In this document: piece by piece, positions 13,278-27,556 of the stretch
How positions within the stretch are numbered: the first letter of the stretch is position 1
Layout of the letters: every line of letters begins with the position of its first letter
DNA from: Yuukianura sp. NJ FZ-2021
Taxonomy: Eukaryota
Direction of reading: 5' to 3'
Length of the DNA stretch: 64,000 nt
Assembly: GCA_046563655.1 (NCBI GenBank)
Contig: CM102286.1
Span: 14,198,001 to 14,262,000, forward strand
Translations under genes and position numbers: made by a program
The notes under the pieces: model-generated
Databases searched by the model: none
What the model was told of the DNA's origin: nothing
The model's input: the letters and a program-made list of their open reading frames with translations, nothing else

Positions 13278-16200
13278 CTCTCTAGCTTCCTATTTGATTT
13301 TGTATAATAGCTAGTCATTCCATTTCTAAAGAATGAGTGTGAAGAGTCAAAAGAATAAAATATTTTACAACCTGTTTACATTTTCACTTTTTCAAAAAAA
13401 AATTCTTTGAAAATTTTTCATCAAAATTTTTCAGAATTCAATAAACATGAAGAAAAACAGCCCAAGAAGGAACGTCTGTAAGTGGAAATAGAAACCCGAT
13501 TTGCTGATTTGCACAAGAACGAAAAAGAGGTACGTGGTCAGCGTCGCGGATCGGATTGATGCTTCCGGGGTTCGATTCCAGTTAGGTTCATATAATTTTT
13601 TAGTGACTCTTATTCTTCAGTGACATCCCAAAATGTCTTTTTTCTAGCTGAAATGTAAGGAAAGTTGCGTTTGATTACGGTACTAAGGATTTTATTTTAC
13701 CTTGGCCACTGGACAGAGAGGAGTCTGGACTTTCTCTCGAATAAAAAGTGTTACAAGACGAGTAATTTTTATGTTTTTGGCTACTTTCTCTTTCTCCCCT
13801 CACTTGATGACTTGAATTTATGCTTTTCTAAGGTGAAAGTATCCATTTCTTCCCCTCTGTGCTGTAAAATAAGATCAAATTTCGAGACATTAATTCTGAA
13901 GCGTGTGTGGGTGAGGATGGGAGGAATCAATAGTGAAGGAAGACCTCGTCCACAACTTTCGTTTTTTGCATAAAAGTCCACTCTGCCCGCCGGATCCAAT
14001 CGGAATAAAAATTGGCGGGATTTTTGAGTGCGGTCATTTCCCTGGGTTCTGGTCAGAGATAGACTGAAAGAGTGGGAGGGAGTGGAAGCGGGAGTTGAAA
14101 TTTTTTGAATTTCTTTTGTTTTGCCGCTGCTTCTGCTGGACATTGAAAGTGGTGGGTTCTGGACTTTGTCTTGCTGGAACTAAATTGAATTTGGGTGGTG
14201 GTGGTCCTGTTTCTGGAGAGGATGACGTGAAACGTTGTGGTTTGAGGAAGTGGGGGCGGGGGGCGAGGGGTGGGTGGGGGAAGTTGAGTAAAAGTGCTGG
14301 ATGCTGGATGCTGGATGCTGTTCTGTGCAAAGGGTTGAAAATCCCGGGATTTCTGGCAAGAAAAAGGAGTGGAGCTCCTTCTCCAGCAGGGGCGGAGGGT
14401 TTAAGCTCAAGAAAAAACTGGACAACTCCCCGGGACTCACACTTCTTCCGGACACAAAAATTTCCAGAAGGTGCGCAAAAGATTTTCTCCAAGCTGAGGC
14501 TGGCGAAAACCACCCGCTCCAGTTTTTTTATCCGGAGAGCTGGAGCGCAGGGTCAGTTGAAGACGCCAGAGAAAGCACTTTCACCACTCCTTCGAACACT
14601 TTTTGGAATTTGCACTTTCCTTGGAACTTTCCAGAAAAAAGTGGAGCAGGAACCTGGACGCCCGAAAAACTGGACATGTTTGAGACGGCGTCCAGGAAAG
14701 AAAGAAACTCCGAATCCCGGGCTTTCTCCAGCTCCGGCAACCAAAAATCGGGAAAGGCTGGAGCCACTTTTTCTGGATCTTAAACTCATGCGTTCCACAA
14801 AGCAAAGGCAAAATGCCCTCCTGCAGCGAAGACCACACTACTGTGATGAGATACCGCTTCCTAGGACTTTCTGGATGATAGAGTTACACTTTCACACCAA
14901 ATTGGTCAACAGCAATCTGCTCAAAAACAAAATAATCAACCCAAACACAAACAAAAAACAAACATTAGCCAACAACCAACTTTTCCCAAACACCAAAGTT
15001 TATCAACATTAGACAATTCTTTTTTGTAATTCTCAACATCGTATATTTCATTGTAATATACGATTTTTTTTTATTCTAAAACTTTTTGACTGTTTTGCAT
15101 GTGGACTGTTTTACGTAAAAGTTGTAAACGGAAAGTTGAAATGTGTTGGGGAGAGTTTATTTTTACATTGAAAGTGTTGACCATTTGGCTGTGGCCTGTT
15201 TTGTCTGTTGACCATTTGCCCGTTCAGCGCCTACTGGAATTAGGTGCCAAACCCTCGATATCCAAAATCCGAAATCTAAACTACATCTCGCAGTAGCTAA
15301 CGTGTGGGTGATCAGAACTTTCTCCAGCGCTTTCTCCAGCAGCACCTCCTCATCATCCAGAAACTGTGGAGTGTATGTACACTAATGTCCTCCGTACATG
15401 TTTCAATCCCTGGGAAAATTCGACCCTTGCGGAGCTCCATTTTTCTTAGACTTTGCGGCAGGGCTTACACGCTCTCCTCAGCTCCTTTCTCCACTTTCCC
15501 TCTCACAACCTTGGCATTTCCACACACACAAGTCATACAAAGTTCATGCAATCCCGGCCATTTGAACAAACTTTTTAAAAAATAGTACTTGGAATGAGCT
15601 GTAGTCTTGCTCTCTTGAACTTCCACTTCAAATTATACCTTGCACACTTTCTGGAAAGCTCATCCTAATGATAGAAGCTCTCCAAGTCCAACACCACAAA
15701 AACCACCACCACCATCGTCCAGTTCCCTGGAAAAGCATCTCCAGCACCCTCCGGTCGATGCCCTCTACACGTGGACCAACTTTCACCACACTCCATCCCT
15801 CTTTTAAGCTTCATTTTTCTAATATCAACCCTCACTCTCGGATTTTTTACTAGGTCACAAGCATATCACAGGTCAAAGGTCAAAAGAGAGAAAAAATAGC
15901 TGGAAAACGAAAATCAACAACTTAACCTTCGTCATATTCCTTTTGTCTGGCATAAACTAATCAAAATCTGAACTTTTTGTAATTAGAAAGGCATGTAAAA
16001 AGAAAGCTTGTTTTTTCTACAATGCTTTCTCTATAAGTTAGAAGTAGGAAATTGTGTCATTTGCACGATGGTGATTTTTTGAAAAAATTTGATGTCAAAG
16101 ACCTCTATGGAAAATGCATAGGTTGGAAAATTTTTGTATATTTGTAAATACAGGAAACGTTAAGAATAAAATGAAATGAAATATTTGACGGTTATTATTA

Positions 16201-19200
16201 TTAGAGAAGATGCGACTTCAGCATTTGATGCAAAGTGAGGAAAGGATTATTTTTATTTTGAGACGTCGAGACTCATGTTTCTATGAATTTTCAATATGTG
16301 TTTGTGCATTGTGTTGTTTCGGCACAAAACCACTTCAGCACTTTCATTCAAACTGCACCAAAATCTCTTCAAAGCAAAACCAAAACTCGTCACGACTTTC
16401 ACGCTTCTCATAATTAAAAACGGTTGCACAAAATTTGAATAATCAAATTGGAATATTGAAAATCAAGGGAAAATTAAGACTTAGGTAACTACTACAACTT
16501 TGCAAGCTTCCTTAAACTGTGGAAATTTTTTTGGAAATTGATTTGGCGTTGAAGTTTTATGTTGAAATTTTTGTCTAGTAAGTTTTTGGATGGCTTGTAA
16601 TGTTGTTGATAGTTAAGGATGGAAGACTTATGTCCCAGTGCGTGTTTCATCTTAATTCAGAACATCGTGAAAAATCCTTTTAGGAAATGGTCTCTTCATA
16701 AAGAGTTACAGCAACACCCACCCATTTGGGATTTGGAGTAAACTTTAAGTAGTTTTACAAGAAACGAAACACGTCCATACCTTGTTAAACAAAAAAAACT
16801 TTCAAAACATGAAACAAAAAATGTGGTTCATAGTGACTAATCGATTCCATCAAAGTAAAAGCAAAGGAAAACACGCTGCTTCAAAGTAAAACTTCTAAGT
16901 AAAAGTGAAAAAAAAGTGAAAATATGAAGTTTCTTCTTTTTACTCCCAAAAAAGCCCTGAATTTTTAAAAAGTCAAACCACAAACTCCACTCAACAAAAA
17001 TTTACAACTTCCGAAAAGTCACAAATTCGCTTTCTAAAACTTCCCAAAGTTCAAAAAAAAGTTCAAAATGTAACTCTAACTTCTTAATTTTTTTTTCGAT
17101 TTTCTTGTTTACTTTGTGACTCGATGCTCCCTGTGTGTTTTAATTGATTTTTTCCTAAAAGATGGACATTAGTGTTAATGAGTTAAAAACCGGCAAAAGA
17201 GGGGAAGATGAAATTAATAACAAAAGCTTTTAAGAATTAGAAAGGTGTGGCCCACCAACTCTTCGTTAAAGGAACTAAAAAATGAACTTTTAGGAAGAAA
17301 CTGAACATTTTGAAAAAAAAAGAAAGAGGAAAAGCAAAAAAAAAAAAGTGAAAGTAAAAAAGTTGAGTGAAAGAAAGGTATTAATTAAAAGGAATCTCAT
17401 CTAGTCTAATGAGGACTTTCCTTTTGGCTTCCCTCCTTGATTAATTAAGAAGAAAGTTGTGTTCACATATACCCTAACATGTTAGGTCTTTAGCATACTC
17501 TAACCTATGTTTCACTTTATGGTGGTGCATATGTCTAGAAACCTATGCAAGTTTCAGTTGATGGTGCACATGTCTAGAACCTTGGAAATTTGAGTTTCTG
17601 GAAGGTTGAAGGAGTTGTTTAAGTGAAAGTTGTCGTTGGGTTTCCTTTTAACTTTCTCGCTTTCTCTTTTTACTTTCTCTTCTATTACCACTAATGATCA
17701 CACTAATTAAAAGAACATGGAAACAACGAAAAGTAAAGTGGAAATGGCTCGGAGCTTCAAATTCTCAAGTATTCTGCCATTACGGAGAAAGGGGGAAGTG
17801 AAATCTTTAAAGTTTTCTGTTTCTTCTTTACTCGTTTGCTCCAATGGAATTAATTTCAACTTTCTCCTTTTTGACTTTAAAAAGAAACTACCCGCCTACA
17901 GGAGCTTCCTAAAGTGGAGCTCATCTTCCTCTTTTTGGGGCAAAAAGAGCATCAGAGATGCAAATCTGGTCTACTTCATTTTGATGGGCTCAGACTCTAA
18001 AGTCCTTTAGGCCAAAAGGCTAATTTAGTCAACCACGTCTCACATTACCAAAAAACAAAGATGCACTAAAAAGAACTTGTCTCGAAGTTACTCAAGTGCA
18101 TCAATTTCAAAAAAGAGAGAAAGAAAGAAAACGAAGAGGAAAAAAACGGGAAAACTCCGCTGTTTCTTTGATATTTTATGAAAAGTTGCAGCTTCGCCGA
18201 CTTTTGCACAATACTAACCTTGAATCTGTCAACTTTAAAAAAAATTGTTCTAAAAACGATTGCAGGTTACACAGCATGTGATTTTGTTGGTGACATTGAA
18301 ATTTGTTCAGTTTGAGAGATACGGATGTCACTCGTCAAGATTAAAAAGTAAGGAGTTGATTAATTCCAAAAGATTAATTCAAGTAGAAGTTTGACGCCAT
18401 GAAACCAAGGATTAAGCTGCTTCAAGATTTGGAGAAACAAGGAGTTGATTGATGTAGTTTATGTAAGGATGTAAGTATGATGTAAGTAGCTTATATTAAA
18501 TATACATAACTGCACCAATTCTAATCCAATTGCCAATTTTTAGTACTATAATAGTTCCCATTGATATAGTCGCTATGTATTATAGACTTCCTTTTATAGT
18601 GTTGCATAAACTGTAATTGCGGCATGTTTGAGCCTTGATTTAAATGTGTTTCCAATTATCATCTTTTCGTCTTGCTAAAAACATATTTCAAACAAGCTCC
18701 AAAAGCCAAAGCAAAAGTTTAGCATTCGTGCAAATTGGCTCCAGATTTACACAAGGCAAAATTTAGCACTAGAATTTTTTAACCTCGGGAATTCGGAAAG
18801 TTCGATAAAAAAAATTCGATTTTGAAAAATACAAAAGTTGTGTATTTGTTGTCCAAAAACGCAACTTCAAAAGCAGTAACTTGAAATTCAACTAGCGCTG
18901 GTGAGACAAAACTATAGAAAAAAAATCGTAAGAAAATTTAAGTTTAAAGTACGTTACACGGAAGTTATTAATTGTGCTTTTGTCAGTCAAATTGAAATTT
19001 GTCACTAAAACTTCATTTCATTTGAAAATTTAAAGGAAAAAGCCACAAAACTTGTTTTGTTGCATTTCCGTCAAAAATTTAAAGAGACGTCACAGCAGAC
19101 TACTCAAGGAAGAAGTTGAATCACGCTTCTTCCCCTCTCGTTCAGACTCGTAGCTTCCCATTCATTAATTTTTTTCTTTTGTTGTGTCTCTAAATTGTTG

Positions 19201-19243
19201 TGTTCTTTTGATTTAAATTTTGAAAAAGTTGGCGGGAAGGAAG

Positions 19244-22190
19244 ATGAGTTTGGGCGGTGGCAACGGAGTGGAATTCCTTAAACCGGGAATTCACTTCCCA
19301 TGGGCAGAATACGTCGTCTTCATCCTTGTCCTACTTGCATCTTTAGGCATCGGAGTGTTCTATGGATTTTTTGGCGGGAAAAATCGCACGAATGAAGAAT
19401 TCCTAATGGCCGGAAGACAAATGTCAATTCTACCAGTGACTTTGTCACTACTATGCAGGTACGGAGGTCATAGGTCAAATTCAAAAACGATAAAACTTTT
19501 GCAAGCCATCTGAAAATATTTTTACAAAAGAATATATTAAATGCCACATCTTAATAGTTTACACGTTGTCGTCCAAATCTTAGCTTTGTTTCGGCTATTA
19601 CTCTACTTGGAAATCCGGTAAAAATTATTTGTTTCAAAATTTCGAAATTGAAAAAGTGTGAGGACGTTCAAAATTATGAAATTTGATGCTGGCAATTCAG
19701 TTGGAGATTTACTTTTATGGAGCTCAGTATACGTTCGTAGCCTTTGCAGTTGTTTTAATGACGCTCATACTCATGTTCATCCTCGTTCCAGTATTTTTCC
19801 GATTGCAACTTACTTCAGCTTATGAAGTAAATGAAAAGGAAAACTAATTTTAATTTTAAAATTTTTAATTTTATTTGAACCTCACACTATTTATATAAAA
19901 TAACATTTTTCTAGTACTTTGAATGGAGATTTAGCAGAAGAGTGCGATTGACACTTTCTATTTTTGCAATTATCCATTTGGTAAAATTTTTTTCCAAATA
20001 ATTTTTTTGTAGATGGGTATGGTGAAATTTCTTTTCACTTGCGTTAAAAAAATGTGATTTTGATTAACTTTTAGTGTTTCTACATGCCAACTACTGTGTA
20101 CGGTCCCAGCTTAGCATTGGATCAAGGTCTGGACTTCCAAATTTCACTTTTTTTAAAGAATTCTGTCGAAGAATTACGTTTTTTGAATATTTTTCGGTTT
20201 AGTTGCCGGTTTGGATACAATTGGAGCGTGTGCTGCCATCTTCTTTGTGTGTATCGCTTATTCGTCACTGGTAAAAAATAATTTTGAATAACAAACTGAT
20301 TATGGTGAAGTGTAAAAATATCCAAAATTTTTAAAAAATTAGGGTGGATTGAAAGCAGTACTTTGGACTGGTGAGACGAAAATACAAATTCATATTTTTA
20401 TTTTGTATTGCATGTTTTTTTTTAATTTTTTTTTATTGAATTATACATATTTTGTCACATTACAATTTCAGATGCACTTCAAGCAGTTGTAATGGTTGTG
20501 GCTTTAGGAGCAATCATTGGAGCGGGAATGTTTGAAATTGGAAGTTTTTCATACGTATGGGACCTCGCCGCAAAAACACAACGAACAGAGTTCCTCATGT
20601 ACCACTTCAAAATTTTCTGAACTTTCGTTAAAATTTCATTCAAAATTTTTGAATTTTCAGATTAGACATTGACATTCGTACAAGACACACATTGTGGACC
20701 GATACGATTGGAGCTCTGTTCATGTGGCTTCCGTTATTTGCTGCGACGCAGGCGCAGATTCAACGTTACAATGCAGTTCCTACTCTACGTCAAGCCAGAA
20801 TGTAAAAAATTGGACTCAAAATCAGGATATTTTCAAACTTTAAAAAAAAATCTAAAATTCTAAAAAATTCCATGTAGTTGCTTGCTCATCAACATGTTTG
20901 GATTGACATCGATCATTTTGTTTTGTTCTTGGATTGGACTCATGCTGTATGCCAAATACCATGACTGTGATCCCATTGAATCACAGGTAAGTCAAGCGAC
21001 AAGAAATTTTGACAAAATTTTGGATGCAAATTTTGAATTTTTTTTTATTTCAGATGATTCGATCTCCGGATCAACTTTTGCCACTGTTTGTCATTGATGT
21101 GCTAAAGAACTATCCAGGAATTCCGGGACTCCTTGTTGCTGGACTAACTTGTGGAAGCTTAAGGTTTGGCCGACGAGCTCAAAATTTTGATAAAATTTTG
21201 GAAAATCAAAATTTTTTTTATTTTGATTTAACTTTCAGTTCTGTTTCAAGTGCTTTGAACTCTCTAGCTGCAATAATCACCGAAGATTTTGTGAAACATC
21301 GCAAACCGAATCTTTCTGAAGAGCGTCTAGCAGTAATTTCCAAAATTATTTCAACCGTTAGCGGCCTCGTTGGATTTGGTTTAGTTTTTGTCATTGCAGA
21401 AGTTAACAAAACTGTTCAAATTTCACCGGTAATTCATGTTCTGTTTAAAATTTTTTAAAATTTTTGAGGTAGTAACTAAAATTAATCTTTTGAACAGTTT
21501 TCCACGCTTGTTCATGGCAGCTTACTCGGACCAATTCTTGCCACATTTTGTCTTGGAATGTTTTTTCCTTGGACGAATGAACTGGTAATAAAAATTTTCA
21601 AAATTTCATTTTGTTAGAAATACAAAAATTTTTTAATTTATTTGTATTTTTAGGGAACATTGTTAGCCCTAATAGCTTCAGTGTCCGTGTCAACCTTTGT
21701 GGGTCTGGGAAACGTAATTGCTGGAAGAGAAGGAAAACTGCCCAATCAGAAACTGAGTTTAAGCGTTGACGGGTGTCTATTGGCCAATGGCAGCACTTTG
21801 TCCAGTCATGCGCAGTCGTTTCTTGAACTAAGGACACTGGGCGACTGGAAGGTTGCGCATGAGCAAGATCCATTTCTGCTCAAACTCTGGTCAATTTCAT
21901 ACTTGTGGCAACCAACCCTTGGATTCCTGTCGACATTCTTCCTTGGACTAATTTTCAGTGCAATGATTGCGGCTGTGCAGAGACGAAAAGCACCAAAAGT
22001 CAACGCAAGTCTTCTCAGCATTCCATTTTTGAACTTGTGGCGAAAACTGTTTGGACAAACTCACGTACTAGAATGGGTAGATTTTGAATCACCGCCATTT
22101 TCTGGAAATCCCTCCACAAAAAAGTTCAGAAACAACAACGAAGTTATTCTAAAAGACATTGTGAAGCAAGGAGGTTTCATCAAATCATAA
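19244..22190 (+). CDS. Sodium:solute symporter (SLC5A8/SLC5A12-like sodium-coupled monocarboxylate transporter), copy 1, multi-exon
   Basis: SSS family motifs [93 protein letters not shown] across GT-AG exons. Confidence 0.92.
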
Positions 22191-22753
22191 TTTAGTCCAA
22201 AATTCTAAAGAAAAAAAAATTAAGAAAAGTTGTTTTTGAAACCCCTAACGCAGAATACTCATTAAAATCTTGGTTTTCAGCTTTTGTAAAGATACACTCC
22301 ATGTGACCTGTGTGACCTTTGACCTCTAGCACTTGCAATAATTTTGATATGATGCTAAATCCAACAACATTAAACTTGCAATCGTACTAAGTGAAGTTCA
22401 TTATCTTAGCTGCGTTTGCGGATTTATATTTTTCTTCATCTTTGTGCAAATTTTGTGTTTTCGATTTGAAAAAAGCTGCAATTGTACTTGCTGACTATGT
22501 GAAAAAATGAATAAAAAAAATATGTTTTTCTGCTTTAAACTGAAACTGAAAGATGAACTTTTTAGATCAAACTTTTCCATAAATACATCTAAATTAAACT
22601 ACACAGAAAGTCAGAAACAGTCAAGAAAACTTTTGTGCAATTCTGTATTCTGCATTTCAAAGTAAGAAACTCACATTTTACAAAATTTCAATTTTTTTAA
22701 ATAGATTTTGAAATGTGTTTCATTCTTTCTGTTTTTTTTCCCTGAACTTCCAG

Positions 22754-23328
22754 ATGATGAAAGTTATTCTTCTGCTCCTGTGTGGAGCGTCGCTTGCACT
22801 TGGATCGGCATACTGGGGTATATTTCTATATATAATTTTATATTATATTTTTTTAGTGTTTATATGTTATTATATTTTATTAAATTTTGATTTATAGGTT
22901 CATTTACTGAAGCTGGTTGTGAATCTAATGGGAAGAGACATTACTACTCGCGTCTCTGGGGCATAGATGGTGACTGGACAAAGGTTTGCTACAGCACACC
23001 GGGATGCCCAACGCCCACCTACTGCACCGTTCCAGACTTGTGTGAAGACAAAGGTAACATTTAAATATATTAAAAACTATTAAATGTAAAATAATTTTAG
23101 TAAAACTAATTAATCTTTCAAGGAATTGAAGGAGAGTGGGGAGACTGGTACGTGCCAGACACTACTTGTGACCACTTTTACCTAAGCAAGCACCCTCCAT
23201 CAAAGCGCGTTCCAACCAAGAAGCTGATTGGCTACCGCCGACATGACAAGTACCTAGCCAGCTACCACAAGTACTACAATATTGATGCTGTTCCCTACCA
23301 ACCACGTCGCAAAAGCAGCCAAAAATAA
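22754..23328 (+). CDS. Small secreted Cys/Trp-rich protein (~140 aa), function unknown; exons 22754-22817, 22898-23053, 23123-23328
   Basis: Signal peptide MMKVILLLLCGASLALGSA, then YWGSFTEAGCESNGKRHYYSRLWGIDGDWTKVCYSTPGCPTPTYCTVPDLCEDKGIEGEWGDWYVPDTTC and a basic tail. Two phase-1 GT-AG introns, GC-rich exons in AT-rich surroundings, AATAAA near 23418. Confidence 0.85.
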
Positions 23329-24008
23329 TTACTGCCAATTTGGGCTACAACAATATTGGCAAATTGACAACTTGTAATTTGACAATTCTGATTAGATCCA
23401 ATATGGTGAATGTAAAAAATAAAAGTCAAAAATCAAAAGTTTGGAGCCAAGAATGAATCACGATGTAAAAATTCTGGCTTACGTAACTGATACTTCAGAT
23501 TTTGACGCTCCACATTCCAGCAAATTTTGAAAAAAAATTTTTTCTTTGAAAGTTTTTGATTAATTTGGCAATTTAATTACAATCACGTCTCTAACCATTT
23601 GCAATTATAATTTTGGAAATTACGTAACTTTTTCTTAACAATGCACGGTTAATTTTCATGATAAATTTTAGTCCACCTTTAGTAGTACTTAAGCTGATGA
23701 TGGTTTGTCACAACACAACGTAGATTTTATAACATTTCACATTAACATACCGTGATTAGCCTAACATTTTTTCACACCTCTGGTGCGACGCTAAGTCCTT
23801 GTCAAGATTATCTTCACACCTCAACTTAATCTGTCGAATGTTGATACGATAAAACATTAAATACTTCTAACAATCACTAAAAACTTACATCATTTTGAGC
23901 TCCTGGGATTCCCCAAGTGGATTTACTTCCCAGACAGCTTTACTGATTTCAATTTATTTTTTGATTTTGATTTTTTTTTTTTTCGAAATTTTGGTTGAAT
24001 TCTAAAAA

Positions 24009-27000
24009 ATGGAAACTACACCTAAACCAGAGTTTGTGACGCCCGAAGTAACGTTTGCTTGGACGGAATACATTTTCTTTGGCCTCACTTTAGCAGCATC
24101 TTTAGGAATTGGAATTTTTTATGGATTTTTCGGCGGGAAAAATAGAACGAATGAAGAATTCCTTATGGCCGGAAGATCAATGGGCATGTTACCAGTCACA
24201 CTGTCATTGCTCTGCAGGTACAAATTCAAAAATCAAAATTTTGAAAAAATGAAAGTGGAGCTTAAAAACAAAATTCTAAAATTTTATATGACGTTCTTTC
24301 TATAGTTTTGTGTCAGCAATTACACTGCTGGGGAATCCCGTGAGTTTCTAATATCTATGAATTTCTATTTTCAAAATTTGCTTCGAAAAGGTTAATTAAT
24401 GAAGAGGTCAATTCTGATTTTTTTTTTGAAATTTTGAAAGGTTGAAATTTACTTGTACGGAGTTCACTACACAATGAGCATCATTGGAATGATTCCGATG
24501 ACACTCATTCTCATGTACCTCTTTGTTCCGGTTTACTTTAACCTCCAGTTGACCTCTGCATATGAGGTAATAATACGAGACATATTCGTGATTTACTTAA
24601 ATTATTTAATGAAATTCGCGAATTACCTAACATATTAATTAAATAACTTACTGATTATGAAAATACACCTGGGAAATACCTAATTTTAATTTGCAAGTTC
24701 CAAATTTTAAATTTTTTTTTTGTAGTATTTCGAGTGGCGTTTCAGTCGAAAACTGCGCTTAACCGTCTCCGTAATGGCCATTTTCCACTTGGTAAGTTTA
24801 ATAAAGACTTTTCGAATTTCGAAAAGTATTTTTTGATGAAATATTTTTTTCTCTTTTTTCAGATGTTTTACATGCCAACAACTGTCTATGGACCTAGTTT
24901 AGCTTTAGATCAAGGTGAAAATAAAATTTTTCAAAGTTATTTTTTCAGAATTTGTCGTAAAATTTTTGTTTTTTTCTTTATTTTGAAAATTTACAGTTGC
25001 TGGGATCAATACTTTCTTGTCCTGCGGAGCAATTTTCATTGTTTGCATTGCATATTCATCAATGGTGAGTTGGTCATTTGTCAAATGCAGTTTTGCAGTT
25101 TTAAATTGTTAGTAACCATTGTTACTAAACAAATTAAAAACACTTAATTAATTACTCATTCATTAAAACTTAGGGTGGACTCAAAGCAGTGCTGTGGACA
25201 GGTGAGATCTTGGAAAAACAAAGTTCAATTGTAGTCGCCAGTTCGAATCCCGGCTCAGTCAATTCTAAACAAAAGTTATTCAACTGTCTATATTTGTCGA
25301 AACGTTGTTAGATGCTTTGCAAGCAGTGGTCATGGTTGGGTCACTGGTTGCCGTCATAGTGGCAGGAACAATAGAAGTCGGTGGCTTGTCGTTCATGTGG
25401 CAACAATCAGAAATCACACATCGTACGGACTTTTATGTGTAAAAAAAAATTTCACTTTTTGAAATTACTCTGAATATAAGTTTAACAAATAAGAAAATTT
25501 ACATTAGCTTCAATTTTTTTTTTGTATTTCAGAGACGACCCTGATCCAAGGTCACGTCACACGATTTGGGCTGATGTGATTGGTGGAATGTTCGTGTGGT
25601 TGCCATTGTTTGGAGCAACACAGGCGCAGATCCAAAGATACAACTCAGTGCCAAAACTTAGTACAGCTAGGAAGTAATGCTTAAAAACAAATTCAAAATT
25701 TGGTGGGAAAAAAGCTTTTTCAAAATTTTGACTTTTTTCAGAACACTGCTTTTTAATATGTTTGGCCTCATGACAGTCGTCACCCTCTGTTCCTGGGTTG
25801 GTCTCATTATGTACGCTCAGTACTATGACTGTGATCCAATTAGTGCCGAAGTATGTCAAAAACTTTCAAATTTTAGTTTCACTTTTGTGAATTACTTTTC
25901 AAAATTTTGAAAATGTTTTGAATAGTTTGTCGACTCCACTGATCAAATGGTGCCGTTGTTCGTCATTCAAGTTCTGGCCAAGTATCCAGGAATTCCAGGA
26001 CTTTTAGTCGCTGGTCTAACATGCGGAAGTCTTAGGCAAGTGATAATTTTTTCAAAAATCAAAATTTTGAATTTTCATATTTTAATTTCATTTTTCAAAA
26101 TTTTGAACTTCAGCTCCATTTCCAGCGCTTTAAATTCATTAGCAGCTCTCATTACAGAAGATTTTGTAAAACCGCGTCGACCCGGAATGTCCGAAGAGCG
26201 TTTAGCTATGGCTTCAAAATTAATTTCTCTCGTCACAGGAATCATTGCTTTTGTCCTCGTTTTTATCATCGCAGAGGTCAACAAAACTGTGCCAATTCAA
26301 CCCGTAAGGTCAACTGATTATACAGTACAGTGAGAGTAACTGTACTGTATTATCGCAAATTTTTTGCACATTTTTGCGCATTTTTGCTTATTTTTTTGCA
26401 AATAGCTGTCAACTCTCATTCACGGAACTCTGCTTGGACCAATTCTGGGAGCATTCACACTTGGAATTTTTTTTCCATGGACAGAGCAACTGGTGAACGA
26501 AAAACTCAAAAAAAAAAAAAAAAACATGACCTTTGACCTTGACCTCTGAAAATATTTATTCTCAAAAACGAAAATGTTAAAAATTTTTTTCAATTTGGAA
26601 AATTTTCAGGGCGTTTTCATGGGCATCGTGACGTCAATTCTGATTTCGGGATTTGTCGGGGTGGGTGGAATTTTCGCAGGTCGTGAAGGGCTGCTACCTG
26701 ATCAGCGTCTGACGCTGCGAACTGACGGATGCGAATTTGCGACGGATCCTGTCCGGAGGATACTGGGCCTCGACCAGGCTGAATTTGAAATCATTGGGCG
26801 CGAAGACTGGAAGATTGAAGCTGCTGATGACTCTGTTTTGATCAAAATTTGGTCAGTTTCGTACATGTGGGGTCCCATCACGGCAGTTTTTACGACCATA
26901 ATTGTTGGTCTGATTGTCAGTGGAATAGTGGTGACCTTCAGAAAAGAAAAGAGGCCAAAGGTCAACCACAGTTTACTTGGCAAACCACTGATGAAACTAT

Positions 27001-27131
27001 GGAAGACTATTTTTGGTCAGAAATATTTGGACAAATGGGTGGACTTTGATTCCCCACCGCATTGTGGAGATCCGGCATCCAAAATTGCGAGAGTAATCAA
27101 CAACAATCCAGAAAAAGTTACTGAACTCTAG
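24009..27131 (+). CDS. Sodium:solute symporter (SLC5A8/SLC5A12-like), copy 2, tandem paralog
   Basis: Same motifs and intron positions as copy 1 ([49 protein letters not shown]). One intron is GC-AG (26036-26113). Confidence 0.92.
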
Positions 27132-27556
27132 CACATAATTTTGGTATTTAGAAAAAAATTGTGAATTTTAATTTTATAAAAAAAAATTAAATTTAAATTC
27201 ATGTATTTAAAAGATCGTTTTTGTAATAAAAAGTTGGCCTTCTTCGGAGTATCAAGCTTCATTCACAAAATCTCACTTTTAAAATGCAAGAGCAGGTAAG
27301 CAACTAAAATTTAAATTTCAGTTCGTTACCTGACGAATTCAAAATTTTGGATTTCGACAAAAAATCAAATGTTCAAATTTCTGTCAGTTTTGGGTTTCAC
27401 TAAAAACCCAACGCCTCTTCATATAAATACTTCAACACGACTTGCCAATCAGAGGTAAATTAAAAACTCAAAATTCAAAATTGTTTACACAAACCACAAA
27501 AAAACATCTTTGGTTAGGTTGTTTTTTAAAAAAGTTAAAGATTTTAAAAAACTACG

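Noticed and set aside
14095..15012. 305-aa ORF and overlapping antisense ORFs
   Set aside because: TTG start, no recognisable motif or convincing splice context; probably a by-product of locally higher GC.
26320..26350. 12-bp perfect intronic hairpin atacagtacagt/actgtactgtat
   Set aside because: Single short instance, absent from the paralog intron; no evidence of function.
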